From Schizochytrium sp. TIO01 (lineage: Eukaryota; Protista; Bigyra: Labyrinthulomycetes), in NCBI GenBank assembly GCA_004764695.1, contig SMSO01000031.1:1216436-1280435 (forward strand): a DNA stretch of 64,000 bases, read 5' to 3'. Below the pieces are notes generated by a model. That model had not been told where the DNA came from. It saw nothing but the letters and a program-made list of their open reading frames with translations, and searched no databases. This document shows, one piece after another, positions 57,901 through 64,000 of this stretch (the first letter of the stretch is position 1; every line of letters starts with the position of its first letter). A program made the translations under genes and the position numbers.

Positions 57901-60900
57901 GATCCTCACTTCACTGACCAGGCTGCTTACTTCATTGCAGACGCACTCGCGATGTCGTTATCTTCGCTTAAAATCTTTCACCTCGATCTTTTTAAGTAGT
58001 GAACTGGAGAAGCTTCCTTTATCCTTGCTAGCCAACCATCTAAGGGCGACTGGAAAGTCCTGCTGAGCAATACTCTTCTTTGCATATACGTGATGTTCGA
58101 GAAATGAAATTTCTTTTCGAGGGACGATGATCGCTGATTTCATGCAATCGAAATTAACAAAGGAAGCTGCACATCTTGAAAAGCCATCCAAGATGCAAAT
58201 TGAAATGAAGATTGCGTTTTTTGCTTGATTATGGATATTCAACGCAACTCTGCTTTGCTCTTGCGCTTCGTTGTGGAATCCTTCTGTAACTGGCCATTCT
58301 GAGGAGGATTTTTTTTGTAGAACATCTTTAAAATTGTATAGTTTTTCGACCATACGCTGCTTACCTGGTCAACACCATTTAAAGCAGATTCGGTTCATCG
58401 GTATCGAAAGTTGATCAAAATCAGGACCCTAAAATATTGCTGTTTGTCGTGGAGAAAGTAATCAACCAGCAAAGAACTGGCCCGGAGAAAACTAACCTCT
58501 GCCCAATGCCACATGTTGAGCGTGCTCTTGTCAGCTCCCGCATCCGAGAGAGGGCGGCACTTGGAGAGTCTTCGAGTGACTCGGAGCCTCTTGAGGTGCC
58601 CTCTCCCTTTCGTTTCTCTAACTAACTATCTCCAAAATTTAGTGTGGGTTATCTGCGGGTGCGCAATATGCCCCTCTCCCACCTTTAAAAAGCAATTTTA
58701 CGCATCCCATCCATAGATTGATGCAGGTTTCATGAACGTTTGTTGTGATCTCGCATCATACGCAATCTTGATGGTTCCTCACACGAGACTCTCTCCTCAG
58801 GGACACCCACATTCTCTGTATAGTGGAATGATTCTGTCGAAGCTCTTTGGAGCGTGCTGAGTACTGATACTATTGCCGCCTTTGGTCCCTGGACTGGCCA
58901 ACCTGAACCTCCCTCCATGAGCAGAAACGAAAGTTCTTTCCCCCTTTTTAGAAAAGTATTTTCTCTTGTTCTTTCTCTTTTTGCTGTTGTTCTGCCCAGT
59001 GAAACATATGTTCTCTTCTCTTTTTTTTTTTTCCTCTCTTTTTTTCTTCGAAAAACGCTCTGTTTGTTTTAAATATTTTTTTGTGTAAATAATTAGAATT
59101 AAATACGAATATACTTTCTGTTTCTTTATATACTCCTAATAGAAATAAGTGAGTAATCTTTTCCAAAATCCTGGGGTTAAACTCAAATTTATTTGGTATC
59201 TCATATATACATATTTACTTGTTTATTTTAAAAGAGAGATTGTTTTACGGATATAAGAAGAAGAGAGCTTTCTTCCTTTCTTCCTTTGGTTTTACTTTGA
59301 AAAGTTTCACCTCGAAATTGAAGTAAAGTGCGATGTCCGAGAGCTCCGCAAACCTTGGTCTGCGATGATGAGACCATCTTGTTGAGTAAGTGATGATCCG
59401 CTGTCTTCGCAGTGTTTGAAGTGGCTTTGGCTTTATCTGTGTCGGAACCTCTCACTTTGTGCACGCTCCTCAACCTTTTCAAGGGCGCCTGACCGGACCC
59501 TTCGAAATTCGTAAAGTATTGCTTTCTAGCCTCTCTGAAAAAAGAGTAGCGGATCTTGTGATGAACCGATTTTATTTAACTCAAACTCGCATTCTCCTTT
59601 ACCAGGATGGACGGATGGATGGATGGATTGATGAATGGATATAGAGTCAGTCAACCAAAGCTTTGAAGATTGGTTCAACATTCCAACCATTCGTGCATTG
59701 ATATATCATTCACATTCAGTCACACGGCGTGGACTTATTTTTTTGAAGCGCACGAGCCTTTGGTCTGGTTCAAGTTGGTGTAAGTTTCGTCGAAAGAGCA
59801 CCTTAAAGATGAAGAGTACGTTATTCATCTCTACATACGTGTCGTCACAATGCACGCAGGTTTTGCTTATCTGTCACGTGCACTGCTTATGAGTCGCCAG
59901 CACTTAACAACGAGAAGAAGACCATCGATAACCTCAGTGTTCAAGTCCGGCAACTAGCGTCTCGATGTTGGTTCAATTGCTCAGTTTTTCATAACTATGG
60001 ATGCTATTCTTGATATTCTCGATATGATAATAATAATAGTGCTATGAACAATGTAAATTGCAGTGTCGCTTCGTTTCCTTTATTCCGTATGCTAACAAGT
60101 TCGTGGCTCGTTTAGTTTGGTTTGCGCAGGTTTTAGAAACCAGCCAGTTCACCACCTCGCGTGAGAGCGCTCCCTAATCCTTGCAAACTTCTTTCTCTCT
60201 CTTTGGTCCCAACCAACGACGAGTTTTGGGTTTCTGTGCTCCATAGGCGAATGAATGAGTGGTGAGTGAGTCCTCGCGTTCGAAGATCATGAGAGGCGAG
60301 ATGAATGAATGAAAACCTGCCTGCCTCCCTTATTGTTGGGCCTTTCGAGGCGTGGATCATCGCAGGAACTGTAATACGTACGTACGTTGAACTCAAAAGG
60401 AAGATAGGCGCTCCGCACTCTCAGGTCTTGTGAGGGCATGAGCAGCGCAAGGCAAGTTGGCAATCTCCGAAAAGAAAGAAACACCACTTACTTACTCGAG
60501 GAAGAAGAAACACTTCTTCAAGGACAGAAGAAACACACTTACTTCCCAAGTCGGTCCTGTTTCTTTTTTTCTTTTTTTCTTCTTTTCTTCTTTTCTTCTT
60601 TTCTTCTTTTTTTCTTTTCCTTTAACTTCTCCTTCTACGTGCCTAGTAGTTGGAGAGCTGCCCTATCTCCGTGGAGGTTTGAAATAACATACGATGCGAG
60701 TCATAGGCACCTCGGTAGCTACTAGCTGTATAAGTTGTTTGTTTTTAGAGGAGGAAAAAGCTTTGATTGGAAAATTAGTTGTTGTATAAAATAGATTAAT
60801 TTTTTTGTGCTTTTTTTTTGTGCTTTTTTTTGCTTTTTTTTTTTCGCGAGAAAGGTTAAGCTTTGATTCTCGTAGATGTGTTCTTTTTGTTTTTTGTAAA

Positions 60901-61316
60901 AAGAAGAAAGAAGAATGAGAAAGAATGCTTTGAACAGGATGTGGTGGAGAATCAGAGCACGGGCCAAAGAGGCTTTGCGAGTAGGTGCATCGACATTACA
61001 CAAGCTCGTGCTGTGGAAAGGCGGTGCTGAAAACGGCGGAGCATACACGGGTCTTGACGGTAAACGACAGGCCTAAAGTCAATCATCTTTGTGCGGTCGG
61101 AGCGTAAGAGTGGCGAGAAAAAGAGGCCAGCAAAAGAAGCGCGATCCCTCCATTTTTTTCTTTTCTTTTTTTCTTTTCTTTTTTTCTTTCTCCCATGCTA
61201 TCTCACCCTTGATGTCTTTGCTCTAAGGATGGAACTTGAAACCTTTTTGTTCACCTTTTATTAGAATGATTCTAAATTTAAAATCAAAAACTTAATATTA
61301 AAACACTACAGAAGAA

Positions 61317-61589
<273 letters not shown>

Positions 61590-64000
61590 GAGGTTGGACA
61601 AACCGTAATGGTCGTCTGGAGATTATTGACCCTTGCTATGACCCACCTAATAAGGCATCGCTGTCTTGCACATATTCTTCAGCTGCGGCATATTTGTAAC
61701 CACTTGGGGAGTGAGGGAGTGAGGGAGTGAGTGAGTTAGTGTGTAAGAGTTGTTGCTCTTCCGACAGAAATTCTCAACTTGGAAATCTCCAACGAAAACG
61801 CAACTACAGCAGCCAGCTGCTCTTTTGCTTTGAGGAGGAACTACTACAACACAGCAAGAATACTAAAATATCGCAGATAAACTCGCGGAGCGTGGCCAAT
61901 GTTCGGGCGATTGAATTGGTTGACACGAAAGGTCCTCAATCCACGATGAATTCTTTCGTCATTCCGCGGAGAGATTCTGGGGAAAGTGGGCTTTTGAAAA
62001 CGCCTTAATTTCTCACTCCCGTTGGCCCGAGTCGACTAAAGAAAGATCAGCTGGGAAGAACTCTTTTCTCTTCGCCTACCTCTCAAGCACACTATTCTAT
62101 TTTTGTGGAGTGCGAGCTATTATCACGCGAGCGAAGACCCATTTCATTCTCTCTCGTTGCGAGTCATTTGCTCGATTGTAAGCACTTCATCAGGTGGTCA
62201 CGCCTAGAGAAGCAGACGTTATACCCTGTAAAAGTCAACGATTGCGAAGGACTACGGCCTGCACATTGCAGCCGCGTTTGGGCAGAGTGCGGCAGGATCT
62301 CACTTGAAGAAGTTCCAGCTCGGTCGCAACGCAACGATGAGAGATGCTTTGGCCGGGTGTTTATTTGTTTTACGTGTATTAAACAAAATTGAACACGATG
62401 GTCGTGTCAATCAAGAGATCCAATTTGAAAGACTCGCAGTCGTGGTCTATTAATCATAATTTATTCTTTCGAACAGACTGGCAAACATGCTAAAGGCTAG
62501 GTAGGTATTGCCTTTAATGAAAGAAATAAGACATTTGCTGGAACCGACTACAGAGGCGACGCTTGCCACGGGAATGTTCATCGTCTACGTATTTAAATTC
62601 GTCGCGTGCTGAAATCTTGTTTGGAATCAGTTGCTGTTTACTATATGCCTTCGAGCACTAGTTCTTTTAGTGCTTTTTGTCTTAACCTTTCCAGATTGTA
62701 GACTTATTGGATGATTCCTCGTTAGAAGAAACTGGCTACTCCAGGAGCAAGTTTTGGGTAAACTTGAAGTCTGCAAATACACGCGAAAGCAGATGGAAGA
62801 AATCAAATCGAAGGAGCCACGAATTATTAAAACCAGCTCTTAATTTGCTCGAGCACAACTAATTTAGAAAAACGGCCCAGCATTTTGTAGTTGTAAATTG
62901 AAACGAGGTCAGTCAGCCCTAAACTGTGTATATTGTCTGCATGCAGTAATGAGGACAGAACTAATATTCTGAGCTATGTAATTTCGAACTTCAATGTCCA
63001 GAGTATAGGGTTGTGGACATTTGGACTGCCGTGGTAAGCCAAGTTAGCTCAGAAGCATGTCCGGAGCCTGCGAACACTTCACTGTTTTGGCGACGTGCAG
63101 ACGTAAACTCCGCATAGATCGTAGGTTGCAACCCTTTACACAACAATAGTTGATTAAATATGCGACATCCGCCTTGAATCATTGTGCTTCTTTCATCCTG
63201 TACTTCTCGTGGAAAAGCGAAACCGCTGCGGTATTAGAATGGCGTCTTTAAGCATTCTTCACGCTTCGCTTAGCATCCTTTACTGATAGGTGGGACTGGC
63301 CATGGAAAAAGAACTTTAAAATATTTAATCAGAGTACGTCATTCTGAACGCATATACATACCTCCAGTCAGATGTCGAACGGCCGATGTGCTTCTTCTCC
63401 CACAACGCAAAATGCTTTAACCCGAATGGAGGTCATAAGGTCCATTCAGGATACACACTGGAAAAACCAAACTAATGCATGTAGATGCTGGTCTCATTAG
63501 CGTTTTAGGGGGCGGCGGGCCAACCTCCAAAAATCTTCAAATGTTTTAATCAAATAGCAAACAAACCTAAAAAGTAATTTTTCTTTTCGCTTTCTTTTGT
63601 TTTTCTTTTCCTCATATATAATCATTTATCACAATGTTCTATTAAGCATTTGTATGCCATGACTATTAAAAACGTTTTATATTACTTATTGTACTAATAT
63701 TATATATATATATTTTTTAATCAAACCCACATAATGAAGCGAGAACGGAAATCTCAAATTGCAAAATCCGAGCCACAAAGTGAAAGAACTGGCTCGGAGA
63801 GGATGTTTTGAAGTAAGCCTGCGGCGACAAAGAGATGATAGACCATTCATTCCCTAACAGGAGACCGAGCGAAGGGCTTTCTTTATATGGCGAAGGAGGC
63901 AGCAATCCAACAACGCAAAAGCAAAAGAGAAGCACTCGATCAAGATTTTAGTTTAGCCTCGGACTTCCACTTGAACACTTGGAATACAGAGTTAATCTGG

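Noticed and set aside
59228-59482. CGALGHR zinc-knuckle-like peptide
   Set aside because: Lacks the first and last Cys of CCHC; no gag/pol context.

Overview
Eukaryotic nuclear DNA with long, apparently intron-free ORFs, mid-range GC and many tetranucleotide microsatellites. The style suggests a thraustochytrid/labyrinthulomycete stramenopile, which is inference only. The left 37 kb holds seven credible genes: a ~2,620-aa orphan with TQ and TPSK repeats and a C-terminal Cys/His zinc-finger array, a reticulon, an anoctamin/TMEM16, an MFS sugar porter, a PH + RCC1-repeat giant, an Sfi1-like centrin-binding repeat protein, and a KIX-domain low-complexity protein. It also holds a decayed RecQ helicase at the left edge and an island of coding debris at ~16-17.3 kb. 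The anoctamin and Sfi1-like genes are each split by a single -1 shift at a homopolymer, probably assembly error. The right ~27 kb has no credible gene, lies upstream of the KIX gene and is rich in microsatellites and a recurring GTAGGTA/TACCTAC motif. A 20-bp triple repeat (CGCAAGTGGG[G/T]TATAG) lies upstream of two unrelated genes in the same relative orientation. I found no rRNA, tRNA, CRISPR array or intact transposon, and no clear multi-gene novel system. The best leads are the orphan giant protein, the shared promoter repeat and the desert motif.
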